Source: Chloroflexota bacterium
Lineage (GTDB): Bacteria; Chloroflexota; Dehalococcoidia; Lucifugimonadales; JACPCL1
DNA length: 64,000 nucleotides
Reading direction: 5' to 3'
Assembly: GCA_016179765.1 (NCBI GenBank)
Contig: JACPCL010000036.1
Location: 134,110 to 198,109, forward strand
The stretch's first letter is position 1. Every line of letters begins with the position of its first letter. The position numbers were made by a program, and so were the translations under genes. Shown piece by piece: positions 1-8,340 of the stretch. Under the pieces are notes generated by a model. The model was not told where the DNA came from. It saw only the letters and a list, made by a program, of their open reading frames with translations, and ran no database searches.

Positions 1-774
1 AACGAAGTCATCGTTGAAACGAAAGGCCACGTAGCTATCATCACCATGAACCGCCCGGAGGCGCACAACGCCGTCAACGCGGAGGTGGGAGCTGGCCTGC
101 GCGCCGCCTTTCGCCAGTTCCGGGACGACCGTAACCTGCGCGCCGCCGTCCTGACCGGCGCGGGGGAGAAGGCCTTCACCGCCGGCGCCGACCTGAAGCG
201 CATGGCTCAGCGGGAGTCCGGCGACTTTGCCGACAGCTTCTGGTGGCCCAGCGGCGAATCGGGCTACGTGGAGGTGTGGAAGCCCGTCATCGCCGCCGTC
301 AACGGCTACTGCTACGCCGAAGGCCTGAACCTTCTGTGCGGCCTCACCGACATCCGTATCTCCTCCGACACCGCCACCTACTGCTACGCTGAGATTCTGC
401 GGGGTTTCAGCGGCACCGGCGTAGCCATTGAGCTGCTCCCCCGCCAGGTGCCCTACGCCAAGGCGATGGAGTGGCTTCTGATGGGCAAGGTGTTCAACGC
501 CCAGGAGGCGTACCAGGCGGGCCTGGTGAACGAGGTTGTCCCCCTGGCGAAGGTGAAGCAGCGCGCCGTGGAGATGGCCGAGCAGATCGCGGCCCTGGCG
601 CCCGTTGCGGTGCGCGCTCTGAAGGAGGCGGCGGTGCGCGGCCTCTCCCTGGATATCCCTAACGCTATGCGCCTGGCCAATACCATCGGCGTCCTCACCC
701 GTTATACGGAGGACGCCCGGGAAGGCCCGCGCGCCTTCGCTGAGAAGCGCCCGCCGGTGTACAAGGGACGATAG
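1..774 (+). CDS. enoyl-CoA hydratase/isomerase (crotonase) family protein, 5' end outside window
   Basis: Frame open from base 1 (NEVIVETKGHVAIITMNRPEAHNAVN...). Crotonase-type motifs GAGEKAFTAGADL and VIAAVNGYCYAEG. Track ORF 46..774 is the internal-Met version. Confidence 0.85.
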   Translation, partial: NEVIVETKGHVAIITMNRPEAHNAVNAEVGAGLRAAFRQFRDDRNLRAAVLTGAGEKAFTAGADLKRMAQRESGDFADSFWWPSGESGYVEVWKPVIAAVNGYCYAEGLNLLCGLTDIRISSDTATYCYAEILRGFSGTGVAIELLPRQVPYAKAMEWLLMGKVFNAQEAYQAGLVNEVVPLAKVKQRAVEMAEQIAALAPVAVRALKEAAVRGLSLDIPNAMRLANTIGVLTRYTEDAREGPRAFAEKRPPVYKGR

Positions 775-869
775 GGCAGATGGACATACGGACATAGGGG
801 AGACGGACGTCAGGAATCTTGCTTGTATGCGAGTATGTTCCTATGTCAGTTTTCCCACAGGAGGTAGCT

Positions 870-1652
870 ATGGCGAACGAAGTCCTGTACGAGGCCGATG
901 GACATGTAGCCATCATCACGATGAACCGCCCGGAGAAGCACAACGCCATCAACGACGCGGTGGGCGAGGGGGTTCGCGAAGGTTTCATGAAGGCGAAGGT
1001 AGACCGGAACATCCGCGCCGTGGTCCTGACCGGCGCGGGGGAGCGGGCCTTCTCCGCCGGTGCAGACCTCATTCGCATGGCCCAGCGGGAGTCAGGGGAC
1101 TTCGGCGACAGCTTCTGGTGGCCCCGCTCCCAAGGCGGCTGGGCCGACGATTTCTATAAGCCGGTCATCGCCGCCATCAACGGCTACTGCTACGCCGCCG
1201 CCATGAACCTTATGTGCTCCACCACCGACATCCGCGTCGCCTCGGACACCGCCACCTTCTGCTACGCCGAGATCCTCCGTGGCTTCAGCGGCGCCGGCCC
1301 CGCCATTGCCCTGCTGCCGCGCCAGGCCCCCTATGCCCTGGCCATGGAGTGGCTCCTGACCGGCAAGGTGTTTGATGCCCAGGAGGCCCACCGCGCCGGC
1401 CTGGTGAACGAGGTCGTCCCTCTTTCCCGGGTGAAAGAACGCGCTGTTGAGGTGGCCCAGGAGGTGTCCAAGCTGGCCCCCATTGCCGTGCGGGCCATTA
1501 AGGAGGCCGTGGTGCGCGGCCTCTCCATGGACGTGCCCAACGCCATGCGCCTGGCTAACACCATCGGCGTCCTCACCCGCTACACCGAGGACGCCCGGGA
1601 AGGCCCCCGCGCCTTCGCCGAGAAGCGCCCGCCGGTGTACAAGGGGCGGTAG
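870..1652 (+). CDS. enoyl-CoA hydratase/isomerase family protein (tandem paralog)
   Basis: ATG at 870 preceded by GGAGG. MANEVLYEADGHVAIITMNRPEKHNAIN... has the same motifs as the upstream gene, and the last 38 aa are identical to it. Confidence 0.85.
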   Translation: MANEVLYEADGHVAIITMNRPEKHNAINDAVGEGVREGFMKAKVDRNIRAVVLTGAGERAFSAGADLIRMAQRESGDFGDSFWWPRSQGGWADDFYKPVIAAINGYCYAAAMNLMCSTTDIRVASDTATFCYAEILRGFSGAGPAIALLPRQAPYALAMEWLLTGKVFDAQEAHRAGLVNEVVPLSRVKERAVEVAQEVSKLAPIAVRAIKEAVVRGLSMDVPNAMRLANTIGVLTRYTEDAREGPRAFAEKRPPVYKGR

Positions 1653-1762
1653 CCGGGTAGGGGCATAGAGCATAGGGCATGGGGCATAGAACGGGGGAAT
1701 CTGGCTGGATGCCTGTATACTCTTACGCCCTACCATAACCCAACCATCCCTCCATACTCTGC

Positions 1763-2680
1763 ATGACCTCCCGCACACCTCCACTGCTGCCTCCTCCAGA
1801 CCTCCAGCGCCTGCGCGCCCACGTGGAGGCCCTGGCTGCCTATGAGCGTTTCAACCACGACCGCCACGGCGAGTCCCTGGGCTACATTGACCAGGCCTTT
1901 GCTCTGCTCGGTCTGGCCGTGTCTGGCCACACGTTCACCTACCACGGGCGCGTGGGCATCAACCTGCTGGGCCACAAAGAGGGGAGCGACCCCAGCCTGC
2001 CGGCCCTGCTTGTCTGCGCCCATTACGATACGGTCCAGGGTTCCCTGGGGGCCGATGACAACGCCAGCGGCGTTGCGGTGATGCTGGAGTGCGCCCGCCT
2101 GCTTGCCCCGCTGGCTCTTCCTCGCACCATTGACTTCCTTGCCCTGGACATGGAGGAACGGCAGCCGGAGGAGGGACAAGGCCTGGTGGGCAGCGGCGCC
2201 TTTGTACGGGAGCAAGGGAAGGCCAGGGGTTACGCTGGCGTCTTCAACCTGGAGACCGTGGGCTTCACGTCCGGCCCCGGCGCCCAGAGGCTGCCACCAG
2301 GCTTCCCGGTGCTGTTTCCCGCCGTCTACCAGCGCCTGGCCCAGCGCGGTTTCCCCGGCGATGGCCTGGCGCTGGTGTCCAACAGGGCCAGTGCGTCCCT
2401 GGCTCAGGCATTGCTTGGCGCGGCCAGGGCAGGGGCGCAGGACCTGGAAATAGCGCTGGTGGAGTTGCCAGAGGGCGTCCCTCTACCTTTTGACCTCTTC
2501 CGCAGCGACCACGCCTCCTTTTGGGCGGCAGGCATCCCCGCTGTCATGCTCACGGACACCGCCAACTTCCGCAACCCTCACTACCACACCAGCACAGACA
2601 CGCCCGATACCCTGGACTACCGTTTCATGTCGCAGGTAACTGCGGCGCTGGCCGGCGCGTTGGCGGCGCTTGGGCGTTGA
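1763..2680 (+). CDS. M28 family zinc peptidase
   Basis: M28-type metal-ligand motifs: AHYD, GADDNASGVAVMLECARLL, DMEE, SDHASFW. Confidence 0.75.
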   Translation: MTSRTPPLLPPPDLQRLRAHVEALAAYERFNHDRHGESLGYIDQAFALLGLAVSGHTFTYHGRVGINLLGHKEGSDPSLPALLVCAHYDTVQGSLGADDNASGVAVMLECARLLAPLALPRTIDFLALDMEERQPEEGQGLVGSGAFVREQGKARGYAGVFNLETVGFTSGPGAQRLPPGFPVLFPAVYQRLAQRGFPGDGLALVSNRASASLAQALLGAARAGAQDLEIALVELPEGVPLPFDLFRSDHASFWAAGIPAVMLTDTANFRNPHYHTSTDTPDTLDYRFMSQVTAALAGALAALGR

Positions 2681-2838
2681 GCGAGGAGTGACGCTGAAGC
2701 GTGCTACGAGCAGCGATGGTTGCCGGAACAAGCGGACCGAGATAGGGGAGCGATGGAATCCCCTTCTCTGGACACTCCCCCAGAGGTAAGGTATACTGCG
2801 ACCACAGCCTTGGTGGGGCGGCCCGAAAACAGAAGGGG

Positions 2839-3147
2839 GTGATGCCCATGCAAGAGAGCTTAGAAAAAGGAAAACCCCAGGTAGAGGTCCGGTACTGTCT
2901 GGGCTGCGGCTATTTCCCCCAGGCGGCATGGATTGCTACGGAGTTTTGGTCCGAGTTCTCTGGCAACGTGGGCCTCACGCTCACCCCCGTAGAGGGTGGT
3001 CGGCTGGAAGTCCTGCTGGACGGTGCGGTGCTCTTTGACCGGTTGGCCCAGAATGGGGCCTTCCCCAACTGGAATGACCTTCGCGTTATGCGTCGTGCTA
3101 TCCGCAAGAAGCTGCCAGCCCCCAAGCTCCTTCAGCCCGTGGGCTAG
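2839..3147 (+). CDS. Rdx (SelW/SelT/SelH-like) thioredoxin-fold protein, Cys form
   Basis: About 100 aa with an N-terminal CxxC (VRYCLGCGY), typical of the Rdx family. No in-frame TGA. Start could be 2839, 2842 or 2848. Confidence 0.65.
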   Translation: MMPMQESLEKGKPQVEVRYCLGCGYFPQAAWIATEFWSEFSGNVGLTLTPVEGGRLEVLLDGAVLFDRLAQNGAFPNWNDLRVMRRAIRKKLPAPKLLQPVG

Positions 3148-3193
3148 CAGGGTGCTGAATAAAACCCACAAACCCTCTCAAGGCGGTTCAGGG

Positions 3194-3221
3194 TATCCGC
3201 CTACGGCGGATGGATTTTTTG
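3194..3221 (+). terminator. intrinsic terminator candidate after the Rdx gene
   Basis: Hairpin TCCGCC-tac-GGCGGA followed by a T6 run. Confidence 0.55.
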
Positions 3222-3320
3222 TCTGGGGGACACCCCCAGACCCCCGCCCCTTCGGCTACGCTCAGGGCAGGCTCCGGGGCTTCGCCCCTCTGGACTCCCC
3301 TTTCTTCCTCAGCCTGCTAG
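3222..3320. repeat. composite intergenic repeat, family C (GGCTTCGCCCCTCTGGAC...TTCAGC.CCTGCT)
   Basis: Shares GCTCCG.GGCTTCGCCCCTCTGGAC.CCCTTT and a CAGC.CTGCTA tail with copies at 22838, 45113, 59738 (inverted) and 62722. Confidence 0.7.
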
Positions 3321-3342
3321 CCAAGGAAGATCGGACGTGCAT

Positions 3343-3369
3343 GTAGGGCCTGGAACTTCCAGGCCCTAC
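3343..3369. repeat. GTAGGGCC...GGCCCTAC palindrome, family E
   Basis: Palindrome gtagggcctggaacttccaggccctac. Related GTAGGGGC/GCCCCTAC palindromes occur at 22838 and 52300-52371. Confidence 0.6.
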
Positions 3370-3505
3370 GCTTGTTCGGCGCATTTTCGCCGTCTTTGTC
3401 CCCCTGCCGGTAGGGGGCTACAGCGGGCGAGGTCAGTACACTATAATAGAGCCGCTCGCCACGCGGCGGGCGCATCAAACCCACCCCTCACTAAGGAGGC
3501 AGAAC

Positions 3506-5800
3506 GTGGTGCAATCGCAGACGTCTCTTGGCAAACGCGTGCGCAAGGCAGACGCCCTGGAGCGGGTGGTGGGCGAAGCTCGCTACAGCGCGGACTTCAG
3601 TCTGCCTGGGATGCTCTATGGCAAAATCCTACGCAGCCCTCATGCCCACGCCCGCATACGCCGCATAGACTACACCAAAGCCCTCCAGTTGCCCGGCGTC
3701 GTGTCCGTTATCACCGCTGGCGACTTCCGCTCCGGCCCCACGCAGCCCGCCGAGGTCCACGCTCCTGCTGGCACCTATGACCCGGGCCATGAGGAGGAGC
3801 ACGCCGCCGGCTCTCGTCCCAATGGCTCTCGAACCGTCTTCGCCGGGGCTAAGGCCCTGTGGGCCGGACAGCCGGTGGCCGCCGTGGCTGCCACCTCTCT
3901 TCAAGCCGCCGAGGAGGCCCTGGGCCTCATTGAGGTGAGCTACGAGGTCTTGAAGACCCTTGAGACGGCGGAGGAGGCCATGAAACCCGATGCTCCTCTG
4001 CTGCACCCCAACCTGTTCACCACCACACTGGGCAAGGCCGCCAGCAAGCCCAGCAACGTTGCCACCTACGTGGAGCTGGTCCGGGGCGACCTTGAGCGGG
4101 GCTTCAGAGAAGCAGATGTGGTCATAGAGGACACGTACCGCACCGGAATGGTGCACCAGGGCTACCTGGAGCCTCGCGCCACCCTGGCAAAGGCAGACCC
4201 CGATGGCAAAGTCACCATTTGGAGCAGTTCACAGGGCAGCTTCGGCGTCCAGCAGCAGGCCGCAGAGATCCTGAACCTGCCACTGGACAAGATCAACGTC
4301 ATACCCACGGAGATAGGCGGCGGCTTCGGCTCCAAGGGCCAGGGAGTGCTGGAGCCCATGGCGGCGCTCCTGGCCATCAAGACCGGCAGGTCAGTCAAGC
4401 TTGTCATGGGCCGGGACGAGGAGTTCAAGGCAGGCAGGCCAGGCGCTCCCTCCGTAATCTGGGTGAAGATGGGGGTGAAGCGGGACGGCACGATGACCGC
4501 TGGCCAGATGCGGGTGATCATAGACGGGGGCGCCTTCCCTGGGGGGCCTGTGGGCGCCGCCACAAACCTCGGTCTGGGGCCGTATAAGGTACCGAACCTG
4601 CGGGTGGAAGGGTACGATGTGGTCACGAGCAAGCCCTCGGTAGGGGCTTACCGAGCGCCTGGCGTGCCCCAGGCCGCCTTTGCAGTGGAGCAGCATGTGA
4701 ACCGCCTGGCCCAGGCTATTGGCATGGACCCCCTGGAGCTACGGCTGAAGAACATCACTGGCGAGGGCGACCGCCTCCCTAACGACGCCATTCTGCCTCG
4801 CGTTGGCTTCCGCACCACCCTGGAAACGGTGAAAAACCATCCCCTGTGGCAGAAGCGCCCCAACGGGCTTTTCCAGGGCCGGGGCATCGCCTGCGGCATG
4901 TGGCTGGGAGGCTTGCAGCCCAATAGTTGCTTCTTGAAGCTTAATGCCGATGGTTCCCTGGGCCTCATGGTGGGCACTGTAGACCTCACGGGCACTCGCA
5001 CCAGCTTCAAACAGATGGTGGCCAGCGAGTTCCAACTTTCCCCCGATGACGTAACCGTCACCACCCTGGACACCGATACCGCCCCCTACGCCTCCAACTC
5101 CGGCGGCAGCAAGACCACCTACACGATGGGGAACGCCATCAAGCAGGGGTGCGACAACATGAAGCGGCTCCTGCAAGAACGGGCGGCGGCCCTTTTGGAC
5201 CTGCCCAAGGACCAGGTGACTTACCGTGCCGGACTCTTCCACTCCATGCATGACCCCAGCCGAAGCGTCAGCCTGAAAGACTTGGGAACCCGCAGCCAGA
5301 CCACGGGCGGAGGCCCCCTGCTGGCCACAGGCTCCGCAGGCACCTTCCGGTCAGCTCCTTCCTTCGCCGCCCACGTGGTGGACGTGGAGGTAGACCCGGA
5401 GACGGGCAAGGTGACCATCCTGGGGTACTGGGCCTTCCAGGACTGTGGCTTTGCGGTCAACCCCACCCAGGTGGAGGGGCAAATGCAGGGCGGCGTCGCC
5501 CAGGGCGTCGGCTGGGCCTTGACCGAGGAGTACGTCTTTGCCAACGGCGTTATGCGCAACCCTACTTTCCTGGACTACCGCATGCCCACCTCCCTGGACT
5601 TGCCCCTCATTGAGCCTACCCTTGTGCAGGTGCCCAACCCGGAAAGCGCGTACGGCATCCGCGGGGTGGGTGAGGTGCCCATCGTGCCACCCATGGCGGC
5701 CATCGCCAACGCCGTCGCCGACGCCACGGGCGCCCGCATCACCGAGCTGCCCATGAGCCCGGAGCGGGTGTTTTGGGCAATACATAACAAGACAATGTGA
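3506..5800 (+). CDS. xanthine dehydrogenase/aldehyde oxidase/CoxL family molybdopterin-binding subunit
   Basis: 764 aa, GTG start after AAGGAGG. N-terminal a/b-hammerhead-type sequence (GKRVRKADALERVVGEARYSADF..GMLYGKILRSPHAHARI) and C-terminal GVGE motif. Confidence 0.85.
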   Translation: MVQSQTSLGKRVRKADALERVVGEARYSADFSLPGMLYGKILRSPHAHARIRRIDYTKALQLPGVVSVITAGDFRSGPTQPAEVHAPAGTYDPGHEEEHAAGSRPNGSRTVFAGAKALWAGQPVAAVAATSLQAAEEALGLIEVSYEVLKTLETAEEAMKPDAPLLHPNLFTTTLGKAASKPSNVATYVELVRGDLERGFREADVVIEDTYRTGMVHQGYLEPRATLAKADPDGKVTIWSSSQGSFGVQQQAAEILNLPLDKINVIPTEIGGGFGSKGQGVLEPMAALLAIKTGRSVKLVMGRDEEFKAGRPGAPSVIWVKMGVKRDGTMTAGQMRVIIDGGAFPGGPVGAATNLGLGPYKVPNLRVEGYDVVTSKPSVGAYRAPGVPQAAFAVEQHVNRLAQAIGMDPLELRLKNITGEGDRLPNDAILPRVGFRTTLETVKNHPLWQKRPNGLFQGRGIACGMWLGGLQPNSCFLKLNADGSLGLMVGTVDLTGTRTSFKQMVASEFQLSPDDVTVTTLDTDTAPYASNSGGSKTTYTMGNAIKQGCDNMKRLLQERAAALLDLPKDQVTYRAGLFHSMHDPSRSVSLKDLGTRSQTTGGGPLLATGSAGTFRSAPSFAAHVVDVEVDPETGKVTILGYWAFQDCGFAVNPTQVEGQMQGGVAQGVGWALTEEYVFANGVMRNPTFLDYRMPTSLDLPLIEPTLVQVPNPESAYGIRGVGEVPIVPPMAAIANAVADATGARITELPMSPERVFWAIHNKTM

Positions 5801-5837
5801 GAAGCAAAGCATACCGCCAGGAATCACCCAAATAGGC

Positions 5838-6542
5838 GTGATTCCTGGCGGAGTAACAAAAGCTCCGCAGACTCAACTTTCCTTAATGAGGTGCATCGTG
5901 CCGGCGAAAAAGGACGTGAAGAGGAATGTCAAACTTTCAAGAGAAGATCAAGAACAGATCCTACGGGTATTGCTGTTGAAATACCAAACCAACCCTAGGG
6001 CTGTCAAACAGTTGCTTCCCGAGGTTGCGGATATCCTTGTCAGCGTGGAGGGTAAACACATGCAAACTCCGGTTTCTCGCTTCTTTGAGCTCACTGGCAA
6101 GGAACAAGAAGAGAGAACGGAGGCTTATCTGTCAATTGTTAACCTGCTCAACATGCTAGGTAGAAAACTTCCGAGAGAAAAGGCCGTTGAGGCGCTTGAG
6201 AGCGCCGCTGCGTTGCAAGAGGCCTCTCTACAGGCTTCCATGGTGCTAGACGATGATGTTCTTCTAAGATTCGTGAGAATTGCCACGAGCTTGTCTCTGG
6301 AAAAGAAAGGGAGGCCAAAATCAAGCATTATTCGTGAAGGGGACATCAGTAGAACAGTCAGCCTGGTGCTTGGAATTAAAGCAAACCTTAGTTGTGACAA
6401 GCGCTTGCTTTCAATAGAGGTAGACCCGAAGGGGCTGGCAAAAGCGGCGAAGGCCTTTGCATTCCTAGGGGTTGGCAAGGACCCCAATCCTGACGTAGCT
6501 TTGCGTCACGATGAGTACGCCTTTGGGGATCCCCATGAGTGA
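5838..6542 (+). CDS. hypothetical protein, possible long partner (antitoxin-like) of the downstream PIN gene
   Basis: 234-aa ORF in a visibly AT-richer patch. Its stop TGA (6540-6542) overlaps the PIN ATG (6535) in ATGAGTGA. No family recognised. Start uncertain (5838, 5886 or 5899). Confidence 0.5.
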   Translation: MIPGGVTKAPQTQLSLMRCIVPAKKDVKRNVKLSREDQEQILRVLLLKYQTNPRAVKQLLPEVADILVSVEGKHMQTPVSRFFELTGKEQEERTEAYLSIVNLLNMLGRKLPREKAVEALESAAALQEASLQASMVLDDDVLLRFVRIATSLSLEKKGRPKSSIIREGDISRTVSLVLGIKANLSCDKRLLSIEVDPKGLAKAAKAFAFLGVGKDPNPDVALRHDEYAFGDPHE

Positions 6543-6936
6543 CACGGTGATAGTTGACACGTCCGCCTTCTATGCCATGACGGCTAGCGGTGACACGTTT
6601 CATGACAAGGCGATGGCGGTGTTTCGCCGCTTGGTCGGTAGCGAGTCTCGCCTTCTCACCAACTCCTACGTTCTGATTGAGAGCGCGAGCCTTATCCACC
6701 GGCGGTTGGGCTTTCAGGTGACGCAGGCCTTTATGGACTCGGTGATGGCAATTGTAGAGATTGTTTGGGTAGATGATTTGCTCCATCGCAAAGCCTGGGA
6801 TATAGTGTCGCGTCGCCAGGGTACACGCCTAACTCTTGTAGACGCCTCAGTCATGGCCTTAGCGCAGGACTTGAGCGCTATGGTGTTCTCTTATGATCAG
6901 GACTTTACCCAGGAGGGTCTAGTCGTAGTCGCCTAG
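6535..6936 (+). CDS. PIN domain (VapC-like) ribonuclease toxin
   Basis: MSDTVIVDTSAF... All four PIN acidic positions are present (VDTS, LIES, LVDAS, YDQDF). About 133 aa. Confidence 0.8.
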   Translation: MSDTVIVDTSAFYAMTASGDTFHDKAMAVFRRLVGSESRLLTNSYVLIESASLIHRRLGFQVTQAFMDSVMAIVEIVWVDDLLHRKAWDIVSRRQGTRLTLVDASVMALAQDLSAMVFSYDQDFTQEGLVVVA

Positions 6937-6971
6937 CATTCATCTGGTTTCATAACACCAAGGAGCGCCTG

Positions 6972-7661
6972 ATGCCCGATACCGTAACCACCGCCATGAT
7001 TGAGTTCAAGGCCAACGGCGGCGCCGCCCCTGGCTACCTGGCCTGGCCCAACCGCCGGGGACCAGTGCCCTGCATTGTCCTAATCCAGGAGTGGTGGGGA
7101 CTGGACGACCATATCAAGGAGGTCTCCCGCCGTTTTGCCGCCGAGGGGTATGCCGTCCTGGCCCCCGACCTCTTTCACGGCCAGGTCACCAGCGAGCCAT
7201 CCGAGGCCATGAAGCTGACCCAGGCCATGGACCGCGACCGGGCCATGAAGGAGTTGGGCGGCGCCGTCGCCTACCTCAAGAGCCAGCCCTTCTCTTCGGG
7301 CAAAGTGGGCGCCATCGGCTACTGCCTGGGCGGCGGCCTCTCCCTGTCCACCGCCTGCGCCAGCCGGGACGTGGACGCCTGCGTGGTTTACTACGGCGGT
7401 AATCCCAGCCCCGTTGACCTGGTGCGCAACCTGAATGGCCCCCTCCTGGGCATCTACGCCGAGCATGACGAGCGCGTCACCGCCGGGGTTCCCGCCCTGC
7501 GGGAGGCCCTGACCAGGGCTGGCAAGAGGTTTGAGACGCACGTCTACCCTGGCACCCAGCACGCCTTCTTCAACGACACCCGTCCCGAGATCCACAACGC
7601 CGCTGCCTCCCGGGACGCCTGGGCCAAGACCCTCGCCTTCTTTGCGGCCAACCTGAAATAG
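6972..7661 (+). CDS. dienelactone hydrolase family protein
   Basis: 229 aa alpha/beta-fold protein with the DLH-type pattern: VLIQEWWGL, GAIGYCLGGG nucleophile elbow, C-terminal HAF. Confidence 0.8.
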   Translation: MPDTVTTAMIEFKANGGAAPGYLAWPNRRGPVPCIVLIQEWWGLDDHIKEVSRRFAAEGYAVLAPDLFHGQVTSEPSEAMKLTQAMDRDRAMKELGGAVAYLKSQPFSSGKVGAIGYCLGGGLSLSTACASRDVDACVVYYGGNPSPVDLVRNLNGPLLGIYAEHDERVTAGVPALREALTRAGKRFETHVYPGTQHAFFNDTRPEIHNAAASRDAWAKTLAFFAANLK

Positions 7662-7689
7662 ACGAAGAAGAAAGGTTACGACGTCACCT

Positions 7690-8337
7690 ATGCAGCACAA
7701 CAGCCACAGCATTTCCATTGCTCAGGCCGTCATCCCTCGGAGCAACAGCGCAGCGATCAACCTGACGGTAGACGTGATCCTGATCGTGGGGTACGCGGCC
7801 CTGACGGGTCTGGCGGCCCAGCTCAAGCTCTTCTTGAACCCTGCGGTACCCATCACCGGGCAGACCTTCGTGGTGCTCCTGGCCGGCGCCGCCCTGGGCA
7901 GCAGGCGGGGCGTCGCCAGCATGGTGGTGTACCTGGCCGCTGGCATCGCCGGCATCCCTGTCTTCGCATCCGGGGGCGTTTTCCCAGGATCCAGCCGAGG
8001 CTACATCCTCGGCTTCGTTGCCGCTGCCTTTGTGGTGGGATATCTGTGCGAGCGGGGGTGGGGCCGCAACCCGCTGAAGGTGGTGGCCGCCATGCTGGCA
8101 GGTGAAGCGGCCATTTACCTCTTTGGTCTCTGGTGGCTGGCGTTCTATTTCACGCCGGAGCAGCTCGCCTCCTCGGTTGCGGCTGGTAAACTGAGCGACC
8201 CTTCAAGGCTTGCCGTGGTATGGCAGTGGGGCGTGCGCGATTTCATCATTGGCGACATCATCAAGCTCCTCCTGGCCGCCTTCACCGTACCGCTGGCCTG
8301 GGCCGGCATCCGCCGTCTGAAGGGCGACGTGGGGTAA
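7690..8337 (+). CDS. bioY: biotin transporter BioY (ECF S-component type)
   Basis: Polytopic membrane protein with BioY-like PITGQTFVVLLAGAALG...GIPVFA..GG. No bioMN genes adjacent. Confidence 0.75.
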   Translation: MQHNSHSISIAQAVIPRSNSAAINLTVDVILIVGYAALTGLAAQLKLFLNPAVPITGQTFVVLLAGAALGSRRGVASMVVYLAAGIAGIPVFASGGVFPGSSRGYILGFVAAAFVVGYLCERGWGRNPLKVVAAMLAGEAAIYLFGLWWLAFYFTPEQLASSVAAGKLSDPSRLAVVWQWGVRDFIIGDIIKLLLAAFTVPLAWAGIRRLKGDVG

Positions 8338-8340
8338 AGC

